From an uncultured bacterium (GTDB lineage Bacteria > Krumholzibacteriota > Krumholzibacteriia > LZORAL124-64-63): DNA of 64,000 bases. Below, piece after piece: positions 47,659 through 57,102 of the stretch (positions are counted from its first letter, which is position 1; each line of letters opens with the position of its first letter). The notes under the pieces are model-generated. The model searched no databases, was not told the DNA's origin, and worked only from the letters and a program-made list of their open reading frames with translations. Made by a program: the position numbers and the translations under genes. The DNA is taken from NCBI GenBank assembly GCA_963727525.1, contig CAVSGO010000007.1, forward strand, positions 608,001-672,000, given 5' to 3'.

Positions 47659-49026
47659 ATGGCCTACGTGCCGCACACGAACGAGGACGTCCAGTCCATG
47701 CTGGAGGCGATCGGGGTCGACTCCGTCGCTGATCTTTTCGCCAGTCTGCCGGAGCAGGCGCGCCTGGGGCGCGACCTCGAGCTGCCGCGCGGTCTCACGG
47801 AGGAAGAGGTGCGACGCCAGCTCAAGGCGCTGGCCGCACGCAACCTCAGCCAGGAAGACCTCACGTCGTTCCTCGGCGGCGGCGTCTACGATGCGATCAT
47901 CCCGGCCGCCTGCGAGGCGATCTGCAGCCGCAGCGAGTTTCTCACAGCCTACACGCCCTACCAGGCTGAGGTGAGCCAGGGCACGCTGCAGGTGATCTAC
48001 GAGTGGCAGACGTTCCTCACGCGGCTCACGGGTCTGCCGGTGGCCAACGCCAGCATGTATGACGGCGCCACCGCGCTGTCCGAAGCGCTGAACGTGGCGA
48101 TGGCGCAGCGTCGCAAGCGGCGCGTGATCCTGCCCGCCACGCTCAACCCGCGCTATCGCCGCGTGGTGCTGACGTCGCTGGCCGGCCTCGACGTGGAGTT
48201 CGCCACCGCACCGGCCACGCGCGACGGCGTGATCGACGTCGCCGCGCTCCGCGAGCTGGCCACCGCCGACACGGCCGCTGTCGTCGTGCAGAACCCCAAC
48301 TACCTGGGCCTGCTCGAACAGGTGGACGTGGTGAGCGCCGCGGCGAAGGCCAACGGTGCGCTGCTCGTGGCGTGCGTCAATCCGGTGTCGCTCGCCCAGG
48401 TGAAGGCGCCGGCCGAGTATGGTGCCGATCTGGCCGTGGGCGAGGCGCAACCGTTCGGCGTGCCGTGCGGCTTCGGCGGCCCGCTCCTGGGCTTCTTTAC
48501 CTGCTCCGACGCCCTCACGCGCCGCATGCCCGGCCGCGTGGTCGGCCGCACCGTCGACCGCGAGGGCCGCGACGCCTTCGTGCTCACGCTGCAGACGCGC
48601 GAGCAGCACATCCGCCGCGAGAAGGCCACGAGCAACATCTGCTCGAACCAGGGCCTGAACATGCTGCGTGCCACGGTATACCTGGCCATGCTCGGCGGTA
48701 CCGGCCTGCGCGATCTGGGCGAGGCCAACCGCGTGCGCTGCGAGGCCCTGCGCCGCAAGCTCGCCGCCGTGCCCGGGGTGACCCTGCCGTTCGACGGCCC
48801 GGTGTTCAACGAGTTCGTGGTGCGCGTGCCTGGCTCCGCCCGTGCGTTCCGGCAGTTCGCCCATGCGCACGGCATCCTCGCCGGCATACCCCTTCTGGGC
48901 ATCGCCGGCTGCGGAGAGAGGGACCTGCTCGTGGCCGTCACGGAGAAGCGCACGGCCGCGGAGATCGAACGTTACGCCGAGGTGCTGCAGACCTACGCGA
49001 CCAGCCGCCAGGAGGTGACGGCATGA
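47659..49026 (+). CDS. gcvPA: Glycine dehydrogenase subunit 1
   Basis: EFLTAYTPYQAEVSQGTLQ, NASMYDGA, LQTREQHIRREKATSNICSNQ. Confidence 0.97.
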   Translation: MAYVPHTNEDVQSMLEAIGVDSVADLFASLPEQARLGRDLELPRGLTEEEVRRQLKALAARNLSQEDLTSFLGGGVYDAIIPAACEAICSRSEFLTAYTPYQAEVSQGTLQVIYEWQTFLTRLTGLPVANASMYDGATALSEALNVAMAQRRKRRVILPATLNPRYRRVVLTSLAGLDVEFATAPATRDGVIDVAALRELATADTAAVVVQNPNYLGLLEQVDVVSAAAKANGALLVACVNPVSLAQVKAPAEYGADLAVGEAQPFGVPCGFGGPLLGFFTCSDALTRRMPGRVVGRTVDREGRDAFVLTLQTREQHIRREKATSNICSNQGLNMLRATVYLAMLGGTGLRDLGEANRVRCEALRRKLAAVPGVTLPFDGPVFNEFVVRVPGSARAFRQFAHAHGILAGIPLLGIAGCGERDLLVAVTEKRTAAEIERYAEVLQTYATSRQEVTA

Positions 49027-50528
49027 GCGAGCCCATCCTCACGCAGACGCGCTGCCAGCGCTGGCTCGCCGATCGTCAGCCCACGCTCTTCGAGCAGGGC
49101 CGCGTCGGCCGGCGCGCCTTGACGATGCCGCCCTGGGATGGCGAGCCGGTCGACGCGTCGCTGCCCGCCGCGCACTGCCGCGCGGAGGCTGCCGATCTGC
49201 CCGACCTCAGCGAACCCGAGGTGATGCGTCACTTCACGCTGCTGTCGAACCTGAACCATCACATCGAGCGTGGCATGTATCCGCTCGGCAGCTGCACGAT
49301 GAAGTACAACCCGCGCCTCAACGAGCAAATCGCCGCCCTGCCGGGCTTCGCCGCCCTTCATCCAGAGCAGGACGCGGACGACGTCCAGGGACTGCTCGCC
49401 GCGCTGGCGCTGCTCGAGCAGTACCTGTGCGAGATCACCGGTTTCGCCGCCTGCAGCCTCATGCCGGCGGCGGGTGCGCACGGCGAGTTCCTGGGCATGC
49501 TCGTCATCCGCGCGCACCATGTCGCCAGCGGCGAGGGACAGCGCCGGGAGATCCTGATTCCCGACAGCGCGCACGGGACCAATCCGGCGTCGGTAGTGCT
49601 CGCCGGCATGACGCCCCGCACCATCGTCTCGCGCCCGGACGGCCGCATCGATCTCGACGCGCTGCGCGCCGCCGTCGGCCCGCAGACGGCCGGCATCATG
49701 ATCACCAATCCCAACACCCTCGGGCTCTTCGAGACGGACATCATCGAGGTGGCGCGCATCATCCACGATGCCGGCGGCCGCCTGTACATGGATGGCGCCA
49801 ACTTCAACGCTATCCTCGGTCAAGCCCGTCCCGGCGACATGGGCTTCGACGTCGTGCACCTGAATCTGCACAAGACGTTCTCGACGCCGCACGGTGGCGG
49901 CGGCCCCGGCGCCGGCCCCATCTGCGTCACCGCCGAGCTGGCCCCGTACCTGCCCGGTCCGCGGCTGGTCGAGAGCGATGGCCGCTTCGACTTCGACCGT
50001 CCGGTGCTGCACGACGGCGCGGCCATCCACAGCTACCTCGGCAACGTGGGCGTGTGCCTGCGCGCCCTCGCCTATATCCTGCGCAATGGGCACGATGGCC
50101 TGAAGCGCGTGAGCGAGATGGCGGTGCTCAATGCCAACTACCTGCTTGCGCAGCTGCGCGACATCCTGCCGGTCGATCACCCCGACGGTTGCCTGCACGA
50201 GTTTGTCGCCAGCGGCGTGCGCTGGCGCGACGAGTACGGCGTCAAGACGCTCGACATCGCGAAGCGCCTGCTCGACTTCGGCATCCACGCGCCGACGATC
50301 TACTTTCCGTTGATCGTGGAGGAAGCGCTGATGATCGAGCCCACCGAGACCGAGACCAGGGAGAGCCTGGACCGCTTCGTCGCGGCCCTGCGCCAGATCC
50401 AGGAAGAAGCGCGGACGCAGCCCGCGGTCGTACTCGGCGCACCGCACTCGACACCGGTGGCGCGCCTGGACGAAGCGCGCGCGGCCCGTCAGCCCGACCT
50501 GCGCTGGCTCGGCCCCTGCAACTGCTGA
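49023..50528 (+). CDS. gcvPB: Glycine dehydrogenase subunit 2
   Basis: YPLGSCTMKYNP, SAHGTNPAS, TNPNTLGLFE, HLNLHKTFSTPHGGGGPG, MIEPTETE. ATG at 49023 overlaps the gcvPA stop. Confidence 0.97.
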   Translation: MSEPILTQTRCQRWLADRQPTLFEQGRVGRRALTMPPWDGEPVDASLPAAHCRAEAADLPDLSEPEVMRHFTLLSNLNHHIERGMYPLGSCTMKYNPRLNEQIAALPGFAALHPEQDADDVQGLLAALALLEQYLCEITGFAACSLMPAAGAHGEFLGMLVIRAHHVASGEGQRREILIPDSAHGTNPASVVLAGMTPRTIVSRPDGRIDLDALRAAVGPQTAGIMITNPNTLGLFETDIIEVARIIHDAGGRLYMDGANFNAILGQARPGDMGFDVVHLNLHKTFSTPHGGGGPGAGPICVTAELAPYLPGPRLVESDGRFDFDRPVLHDGAAIHSYLGNVGVCLRALAYILRNGHDGLKRVSEMAVLNANYLLAQLRDILPVDHPDGCLHEFVASGVRWRDEYGVKTLDIAKRLLDFGIHAPTIYFPLIVEEALMIEPTETETRESLDRFVAALRQIQEEARTQPAVVLGAPHSTPVARLDEARAARQPDLRWLGPCNC

Positions 50529-50539
50529 GCGAGGACGCC

Positions 50540-51298
50540 GTGGCCCGTCTCCGAGTGATCACCGATGGACCCCGCACCGGGGCCGACAACATGCGCTGGG
50601 ACACGGCGCTGCTCGACGCTTACCGCCCCGATGACGATCCGATCCTGCGTATCTATCGCTGGTGGCCGCCCGCCGTGTCTTATGGCTACAATCAGAAGCT
50701 TGCCGACTTCGACGACGCGGCGGTCCACTCACGCGGCTTCGGACTGGTGCGCCGCCCCACGGGCGGGCGCGCAATCCTGCACGCCGACGAGCTGACCTAC
50801 TGCGTCGTGGGTGCCTCGCCGTCGGCGCTCTTCGGGGACTCGCTGCACGCCACGTACATGCGGATCAACCAGGCGCTGGTCGTGTTCCTGCGCGGACTCG
50901 GCTACCAGGCCGAGATCTCCGGCGGCGAATCGCGGCATGAACTGCGCGGTGCACTCTGTTTCAAGAGCGCGGGGCAGCATGAGATCCGCGTCGGCGGCCT
51001 CAAACTCATCGGTTCGGCCCAGCGTCGTACAGGTGGGCGCTTCCTGCAGCACGGGTCGATCCTCACCGGGCCGGGCCACGCGGAACTCGTGGAGTGCCTG
51101 ATCCCCGAGCGCCGCTCGCTCACGCGCGAGCAACTCCTCGCCTTGACGACCGACCTCGCCCAGCTCCGCGGTCGCCCGCTCACGGAGGCGGACTTCGCCG
51201 ACTTGACGCAGCGCCTTGTGGTCGCCTTCGCCGAAACGTTCGATCTCGAACCCGATGTGACGCAGTTCGCGTTGCCGAGCGCCGACGCCGAGGCGTGA
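50540..51298 (+). CDS. Lipoate-protein ligase / octanoyltransferase (LipM/LplA family)
   Basis: NMRWDTALL, LRIYRW, VRRPTGGRAILH, CF, KLIGSAQRR, LQHGSI. GTG start at 50540 inferred. Confidence 0.9.
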   Translation: MARLRVITDGPRTGADNMRWDTALLDAYRPDDDPILRIYRWWPPAVSYGYNQKLADFDDAAVHSRGFGLVRRPTGGRAILHADELTYCVVGASPSALFGDSLHATYMRINQALVVFLRGLGYQAEISGGESRHELRGALCFKSAGQHEIRVGGLKLIGSAQRRTGGRFLQHGSILTGPGHAELVECLIPERRSLTREQLLALTTDLAQLRGRPLTEADFADLTQRLVVAFAETFDLEPDVTQFALPSADAEA

Positions 51299-51355
51299 TA
51301 CCGTCGCTCATTCCCGCTGATGCCGGAACCGACGGCAGTGGCTGCAGAGGGTGAT

Positions 51356-51388
51356 GAGATTCTCCTGTCGGTTGGAATCTCCCTTTTT
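51356..51388 (+). terminator. Possible intrinsic terminator of gcv operon
   Basis: GAGATTC-N12-GAATCTC-CC-TTTTT. Confidence 0.4.
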
Positions 51389-51519
51389 CTCGGTACCACG
51401 TGATGGACCTCGAGGCGGTGCGCGGCGCCGGCGTCGTCCCGCCCATGCATCAGCGACGCCGGCCCCCGAAGGAGCCGGCGCCGCCATCGCCCCCACAGCG
51501 ACGAAGGGATGTGCGAGGA

Positions 51520-52794
51520 TCAGAAGACGAGGTGGCTGCTCACGGCGACGCCGAGGCCGCGGGTGTCGCTCGGAGCGAAGCCGCCGCGGTTCATCACGGC
51601 GAGGTCGAGGCACAAGGGGCCGGCGCGCAGGCCGAGGCCGCCGGCGAGGGAGCTGCCGCTGGGGCCGCCGACGCTGGCGCCGAGGCGCGGGACGAGCCAG
51701 CCGAGGAGTCGCCATTCGGCGCCGGCACCGAGTTGTGGGCGCGTGCTGGTGTTGCCGCGGGTCTCGAAGACCTGCACCCAGTCGGCAGCGAGGAGGAGGC
51801 GGTCTGTTGCGTGGCTCGCGCCGAGGCGAACGCGTCGGGGCAGGGTGGACGTGTAGCCGGTGACGGCATACGTGGTGTCGGAATCGACAACGGCGTTGTC
51901 GAGGTTGTCGTTGTTCGCGGCGATTCCGACGGCGGTGACCGCGTAGACCCGCCGCTCCGGATTGTCGGACCAGCTCAGCGAGCTCATGGCATTGTCGATC
52001 GCCAGGCCGAACGACCAGCCGCCGCGAGCCTGGAGCGTGGCGCCCAGATCCAGGGCGTAGCCGCTGCCACCCTCCGCGGTGACGGCCGCGACCATCGCCT
52101 CGCCGTCGATGGCGTCGAAGGTGGTCGTGAGGCTACCGTGGGCGTCCTCGATGTGCATCTCGTAGAAGCCGCGCAGGTAGCGCGCGTTGGCGCCCACGGC
52201 GAGGCGGCCCACCGGTAGTGTGGCGACGGGGGTTCCGTACGAGAGCGTCGCGGCGCCGACGGCGTAGGCCTCGCCCCAGGTGTCCTGGAAGTCGACGGTC
52301 GCGCCCAGCTCGTTGCCGAAGAGCACGAGGTCGAAGAAGTCACGATCGAGGTTGCCGTGGCCAGCGCCGAAGCCCTGCACGCTGAACGCGAAGTTGGCGA
52401 CCTGCAGGCCGAGAGCGGAGGCGCGCACGTCGGCATCGAGGCTGAACCCGCTCTGGGGAACGTCGGCGAGGATACGTTCCTTGGCGGCCTGGTCGAGTGT
52501 GGCGCCGGAGACCTCGTTGTAGCGCGCCAGCGAGAACGCGTTGTTGTGCACGTCGACGGCCACGCCGAAGAGGCCCACCGTGACGCCGCGGCTGAATGCG
52601 AGATTGGCGGGGTTGTACTCCACGGCATCGAGGCCGGTGGCGGTCGCGGTCGCGGCGCCGGCCATGGCCCAGGCGCGGGTGGCTCCCTGGGCGTGGGCGG
52701 TGGCGGGCGCGCCGGCGTGCAGGAGCAGGAATATGAGCACGGGCGCCGTGATACCGCTCGGGATGCATCCGAGAGAGAGTCCATGTCGCTTCAT
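51520..52794 (-). CDS. Outer-membrane beta-barrel protein (FadL/PorV-like fold, DUF5723/TraF-like)
   Basis: Signal peptide; ATRAWAMAGA...NPANL plug-like N-terminus, GYALDLGA, LPRRVRLG, GAEW..PRLG; C-terminal F. Confidence 0.7.
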   Translation of the reverse strand: MKRHGLSLGCIPSGITAPVLIFLLLHAGAPATAHAQGATRAWAMAGAATATATGLDAVEYNPANLAFSRGVTVGLFGVAVDVHNNAFSLARYNEVSGATLDQAAKERILADVPQSGFSLDADVRASALGLQVANFAFSVQGFGAGHGNLDRDFFDLVLFGNELGATVDFQDTWGEAYAVGAATLSYGTPVATLPVGRLAVGANARYLRGFYEMHIEDAHGSLTTTFDAIDGEAMVAAVTAEGGSGYALDLGATLQARGGWSFGLAIDNAMSSLSWSDNPERRVYAVTAVGIAANNDNLDNAVVDSDTTYAVTGYTSTLPRRVRLGASHATDRLLLAADWVQVFETRGNTSTRPQLGAGAEWRLLGWLVPRLGASVGGPSGSSLAGGLGLRAGPLCLDLAVMNRGGFAPSDTRGLGVAVSSHLVF

Positions 52795-52830
52795 CGCCAA
52801 GTCCTTCGTGGGACCGGTTCGCACCGGTCG

Positions 52831-54891
52831 CTAGTCGTCGCTGACCCGCACGTCCAGGCGGATGACGCCGTGGACCTCGAGATAGTCGGTGGTGAGCACG
52901 CGGACGGGCTCGCCGTCGGTGCTGGGCAGGTGCACTTCCAGCACCGAGTAGAGACCTTCGGTGGCGAGCACCTGGGTGTCGTCGGCCGTGAGAGCCACCA
53001 GCGGGTGGCTCGTCACGGGTTCCGTCACGGTGTGGCCCTGGGGATCGACCTCGGCGGCCGCGATCGACAGCGGGCCGATGGCCAGGAGAGGGTCGGTCCG
53101 GATGCTGGTGGTATCGGTGGCGAAGAGCACACGCAGTTCCACGCCCACGGGGAGGTGGTTGAGCACCTCGAGGTCGGCGAGCGCGTCGCCGGCGTGGTCG
53201 CGCAGGAGGTTGCGGGTATCGGTGTCGAGGCCGAGGGCGTTCGGGTCGCCGTAGATGCGCGAATCGTCGACCACGAACTCCACCGGCGCCTCGATGTGCC
53301 AGTCCACGACGGCGTGGTCGCCGGCATGGACGGTGCCGATGGTGCCGTCGCCGCCCACGTGCACGCCGCCCGTCAGGGTGATGTGCGTGGGCAGGTTGTT
53401 CAGGAAATCGACGATCGTGCTGTTAGCCTCGTCGAGCACGATGGTGGTGACCTCGGCGCGGTCGACCTCGCCGGCGGCGATGCGCTGGGTGATGGCCAGC
53501 TCGCGCACGTCGCCGCTGGCCGAAGTGCCACTGAGAGCGAGGTCGGCGTCGGCCTCGATGCCGGCCGTGTTGGCCAGGGCGAGTGTGAGCGTGGCTCGCG
53601 TGAGCTGGAGTCCGCTCAGTTCCTCGGGCAGATCGATGTCGGCGTCGATCGCGTCGACGGTGTACTCGGTCGCGGGTACCGAACCGGTGACGCTGGCGAA
53701 GGTGATCCTGCCGGCGCCGAGCTGTGCGCGCAGGCCGTCAGTGGACGTCAGGTGCACGCTGCCGCCGGCGCTGCCGGGCGAGGTGACGTCGACCTCGGCG
53801 ACGATCGCGTTGAGGGGCACGCTGTCGGCGGCCCGCACGATGCGGCCGCCGAAGTCGACGGCGGCGGCGATGGTGGCGCCGGGTGCGAGGTCGTAGACCT
53901 GCTGCAAGGGCTGCTCGTCGAGGTCGACGATGGACGGCCACGTGACGACGGCGTGGCAGGGGATGGGCATCGCGTTGGTCACATCGAGGGTGGCGGCGCC
54001 GTCGGCGATCACGGCTTGCAGTACGCCGTAGTCGGCCGGCAGGTCCGTCGTGAACGTGGTGTGCAGCTCCTGGGCATCGATGACGGCGCTGGCCTCGTCG
54101 ACGGTGAGGTCGGCGAAGTCGGCGTGGACGGAGATGTTGGCCGCGGCATCGACGACCACGAACGCGCCCTCGCTACCGGGCGAGCCGCCGGTCAGTTGCA
54201 CGCTCACCTCGCCCGGTAGCCAGGCGCCGGTGAGGTCGGCCGTCTGCACGGCATCGGCGCCGGGGGCGATGGCGTCGAAATCGATGGTGACGAACGCACT
54301 GCCGGTGGCCGGGTCGACGAGCGCGAGCATGAGGTGGTCGGCGCCGGCGTCGGCGGAGACGGGCACCGGAAGGCCGTTGTGCACCGTCACCGTGAGCGAG
54401 CCGCTCGCGAGGTGCGCGCTGTCGACGTCGGCAAGGTCGTGAGGATCGCTCGACTGGGCGATCGGGAACGGAGGCACGGGCAGCGTCTGACCGTCGAGGC
54501 CCGCGGCAACGGGATAGAGGTCGGCGAGGGTGAAGTCGAAGTCGACCGGCGCGGCGAGGTCGAGCGTGAAAGCGCCGAGGCTGGTGTCGATGGTCTGTTC
54601 GGGGATATCGGCGGCGAGGTCGAAATCGAGGGCCACCGTGTCTGCATCGCCGTCGACGACGAAGCCGAGAACGGCGTCGCCCAGCTCGGTGAGATAGGCC
54701 TCGTCGTCGATCACATCGGCGATGTCGAGGCGCTCCTGGCCGAGCGGCACCACGACCTGCGTGGTGAACGTGGGCAGGGCGGGCTTTTCGATGTCGCAGC
54801 CCGCGGCCCCGAGCAGGGCGAGCGCGATGAGTCCCCCACCGGCAGCGGCGTGCGGCAGGTTCGGGCGACGGGGACGGTACCGGACGGGCAT
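52831..54891 (-). CDS. Large acidic beta-rich lipoprotein of unknown function
   Basis: Lipobox AAGC then DIEKPALPTFTTQVVVPL; repeated L.V.N.LP(V/I) strands; upstream of the barrel gene on the same strand. Confidence 0.7.
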   Translation of the reverse strand: MPVRYRPRRPNLPHAAAGGGLIALALLGAAGCDIEKPALPTFTTQVVVPLGQERLDIADVIDDEAYLTELGDAVLGFVVDGDADTVALDFDLAADIPEQTIDTSLGAFTLDLAAPVDFDFTLADLYPVAAGLDGQTLPVPPFPIAQSSDPHDLADVDSAHLASGSLTVTVHNGLPVPVSADAGADHLMLALVDPATGSAFVTIDFDAIAPGADAVQTADLTGAWLPGEVSVQLTGGSPGSEGAFVVVDAAANISVHADFADLTVDEASAVIDAQELHTTFTTDLPADYGVLQAVIADGAATLDVTNAMPIPCHAVVTWPSIVDLDEQPLQQVYDLAPGATIAAAVDFGGRIVRAADSVPLNAIVAEVDVTSPGSAGGSVHLTSTDGLRAQLGAGRITFASVTGSVPATEYTVDAIDADIDLPEELSGLQLTRATLTLALANTAGIEADADLALSGTSASGDVRELAITQRIAAGEVDRAEVTTIVLDEANSTIVDFLNNLPTHITLTGGVHVGGDGTIGTVHAGDHAVVDWHIEAPVEFVVDDSRIYGDPNALGLDTDTRNLLRDHAGDALADLEVLNHLPVGVELRVLFATDTTSIRTDPLLAIGPLSIAAAEVDPQGHTVTEPVTSHPLVALTADDTQVLATEGLYSVLEVHLPSTDGEPVRVLTTDYLEVHGVIRLDVRVSDD

Positions 54892-55133
54892 GGGCGGCTC
54901 CTTGGCGACTCTTCCAGAGGCATCGAGATGAACGGGGCAATACGGCGGCTATGGAAGTTCTGTACCACCGGCCACGGCCGGGAGGCGCGATGGCGCACGG
55001 GACACGAGGTGCCACGATGGGGAATCATCGGCCACGACGCGGAGGGCACGGGAAGGGCGACAGCAGGAGCGGACGCATGTGACATTGCGCGGATGCGGCG
55101 CGCCGGGCGGGCATCTTGCACGATCGCCGCTGC

Positions 55134-55162
55134 TTGCTCTCGACGGGAGGCGCCCCTAGTAT
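55134..55162 (+). promoter_or_regulatory. Putative promoter TTGCTC-N17-TAGTAT for ABC operon
   Basis: 17-nt spacing in the divergent intergenic region. Confidence 0.4.
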
Positions 55163-55234
55163 CTAGGATCTGATATCGAGAGCCGAACGATCGACGGACG
55201 GTCGTGCCGGCCGCAGGCAACGGAAAGGCCACGA

Positions 55235-56221
55235 GTGCTCCGCGACATTGGCCGACGACTTCTAATGGCATGCCTGCTCGTACTGGGGCTGCTCACCGCG
55301 GTCTTCTTCGTGGTCCACGCCATGCCCGGCGATCCGGCGTCGCTGGTATTCGAGTCCGACCTCTCGGCCGGCCAGCGGACGCTGATGCGCGAGCGCCTCG
55401 GACTCGATGCGCCGTTGCTGGTGCAGTACGGCCGCTGGCTCGGTGGCGCCGTGCACGGCGATCTCGGCATGAGCCTGCGCCAGCAACGACCGGTGGCCGC
55501 CGTGGTCGGCGAGGCGATCGGACCCACGCTCCTGCTCACCTTCAGCGCGTTCCTGGTGGAACTCGGCGGTGCGATCCTGGCCGGCGTGGCGATGGCGCGC
55601 TGGCGTGGTCAACGGCGCGAGTGGGCGCTGAACACCGGCGGTCTCGTGCTCTATTCGCTACCCTCGTTCTGGCTCGGACTCATGGCGATCATGGTGTTCG
55701 CGCGCGGCCTGGGCTGGTTCCCCGCCGGTGGCATGCGGGCGCCCGATGCGGCCTACTTCTCCGTCGCGCACCGCGCGCTGGACATGCTGCGGCATCTCGT
55801 GTTGCCGGTCGCGGTACTGGGACTCGGCAACTTCGCGGTGACGGCGCGTTTCGTACGCAACGCGCTGGGCGAGGTGCTCGAGCAGGACTACATCCTCGCG
55901 GCGCGCGCGCGGGGCCTGCCCGAGCGCACCATCATCTGGCGACACGGACTGCGCGCCGCCCTCCTGCCCGTGGTCACACTCGTGGGACTGGGGTTGCCGC
56001 AACTCCTGGCCGGGGCAGTGGTGGTGGAGGAGGTCTTCGCCTGGCCGGGCATGGGCCGGGTGACCATCGCGGCGCTCTTCGCGCGCGACTATCCCGTCAT
56101 CATGGCGACGACGGCGATCGCCGCGGTACTCGTGGTGCTGGGCAACCTCGTGGCCGACCTGCTCTACCAGTGGGCGGATCCCCGCGTGCGGCTGGGAGGT
56201 GAACGTTCGTGGCGCGGCTGA
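55235..56221 (+). CDS. Peptide/nickel ABC transporter permease (DppB/OppB-like)
   Basis: MPGDPA, LGLDAPLLVQYGRWL..GDLGMS, DYILAARARGL, VEEVFAWPGMG, RDYPV. Confidence 0.93.
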   Translation: MLRDIGRRLLMACLLVLGLLTAVFFVVHAMPGDPASLVFESDLSAGQRTLMRERLGLDAPLLVQYGRWLGGAVHGDLGMSLRQQRPVAAVVGEAIGPTLLLTFSAFLVELGGAILAGVAMARWRGQRREWALNTGGLVLYSLPSFWLGLMAIMVFARGLGWFPAGGMRAPDAAYFSVAHRALDMLRHLVLPVAVLGLGNFAVTARFVRNALGEVLEQDYILAARARGLPERTIIWRHGLRAALLPVVTLVGLGLPQLLAGAVVVEEVFAWPGMGRVTIAALFARDYPVIMATTAIAAVLVVLGNLVADLLYQWADPRVRLGGERSWRG

Positions 56222-57102
56222 TGCGACGCGATGCGATACCGGCTCTGCGGAGCTGGCGTGCGGCGTGGCGCGGGCGTCTCGACCTGCGCATCGGCCTCGT
56301 GCTCGTGGCCCTCGCGGTGCTGCTGGCGCTGGGGGCCGACGTCTTCGCGCCGGGCGATGCGGCGGCGCCGGGGCCGAGCGCGGCGCGGTTGCTCGCACCG
56401 GGGCCCGGACACTGGCTGGGGACCGACGCGCTCGGCCGCGGCGTGGCCACGCGCCTCGTGCACGGTAGCCGTGTGTCGTTGCTCGTGGGCTGGGTGAGCG
56501 TCCTCGCGGCGGTCATGGTGGGCGCCTTCGTGGGGCTAGCGGCCGCACTCGGTCCCCGGGTGGTCGATCGCCTGCTGATGGCGGTCACGGATGTCTTCCT
56601 GGCGTTTCCCCGCGTCTTTCTCGTTCTGTTGCTCGTTGCGCTGACGCGACCGTCGCTCCTTCTGGTCATGGTCGTGCTGGGGCTCACCGGCTGGATGGAC
56701 GTGGCGCGGCTCGTGCGCGCCGAGGCGTTGAGCCTGCGCGAACGCGACTTCGTGGCGGCGGCGCGCGGGCTGGGGCAGAACCCATGGCAGGTGGCCTGGC
56801 GCCACGTGCTGCCGAATGTGCTGCCGGTGCTGGTGGTTTCGGCGACCCTGCGCGTGGGGGGGGCGATCCTGCTGGAGTCTTTCCTCAGCTACCTCGGACT
56901 CGGCGCGCAGGAACCGACGGTGAGCTGGGGGGCCATGATCGCGCAGGGACGGGCCTACCTGCTCGACGCCTGGTGGCTGACGGCGTTTCCCGGCATGGCC
57001 ATCGCACTCACGGTGCTGGGTTACAACCTGCTGGGCGACGGATTGCGCACCTGGCTCGACCCGCGCGCCGAGTTGCAGGAGGGCGGCCATGGTTCCCGCT
57101 GA
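56209..57102 (+). CDS. Peptide/nickel ABC transporter permease (DppC/OppC-like)
   Basis: HWLGTDALGR, GSRVSL, ERDFVAAARGLG, RHVLPN, LSYLGLG, SWGAMI, LGDGLR. Confidence 0.93.
   Translation: MARLMRRDAIPALRSWRAAWRGRLDLRIGLVLVALAVLLALGADVFAPGDAAAPGPSAARLLAPGPGHWLGTDALGRGVATRLVHGSRVSLLVGWVSVLAAVMVGAFVGLAAALGPRVVDRLLMAVTDVFLAFPRVFLVLLLVALTRPSLLLVMVVLGLTGWMDVARLVRAEALSLRERDFVAAARGLGQNPWQVAWRHVLPNVLPVLVVSATLRVGGAILLESFLSYLGLGAQEPTVSWGAMIAQGRAYLLDAWWLTAFPGMAIALTVLGYNLLGDGLRTWLDPRAELQEGGHGSR

Noticed and set aside
50515-50560. GcvPB ending CNC-TGA as possible selenocysteine readthrough
   Set aside because: Readthrough gives only 9 more codons to another TGA, overlaps the next gene's RBS and start, and no SECIS-like hairpin is evident.
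46107-51298. Absence of dihydrolipoamide dehydrogenase in the gcv operon
   Set aside because: The L protein is normally shared and encoded elsewhere.
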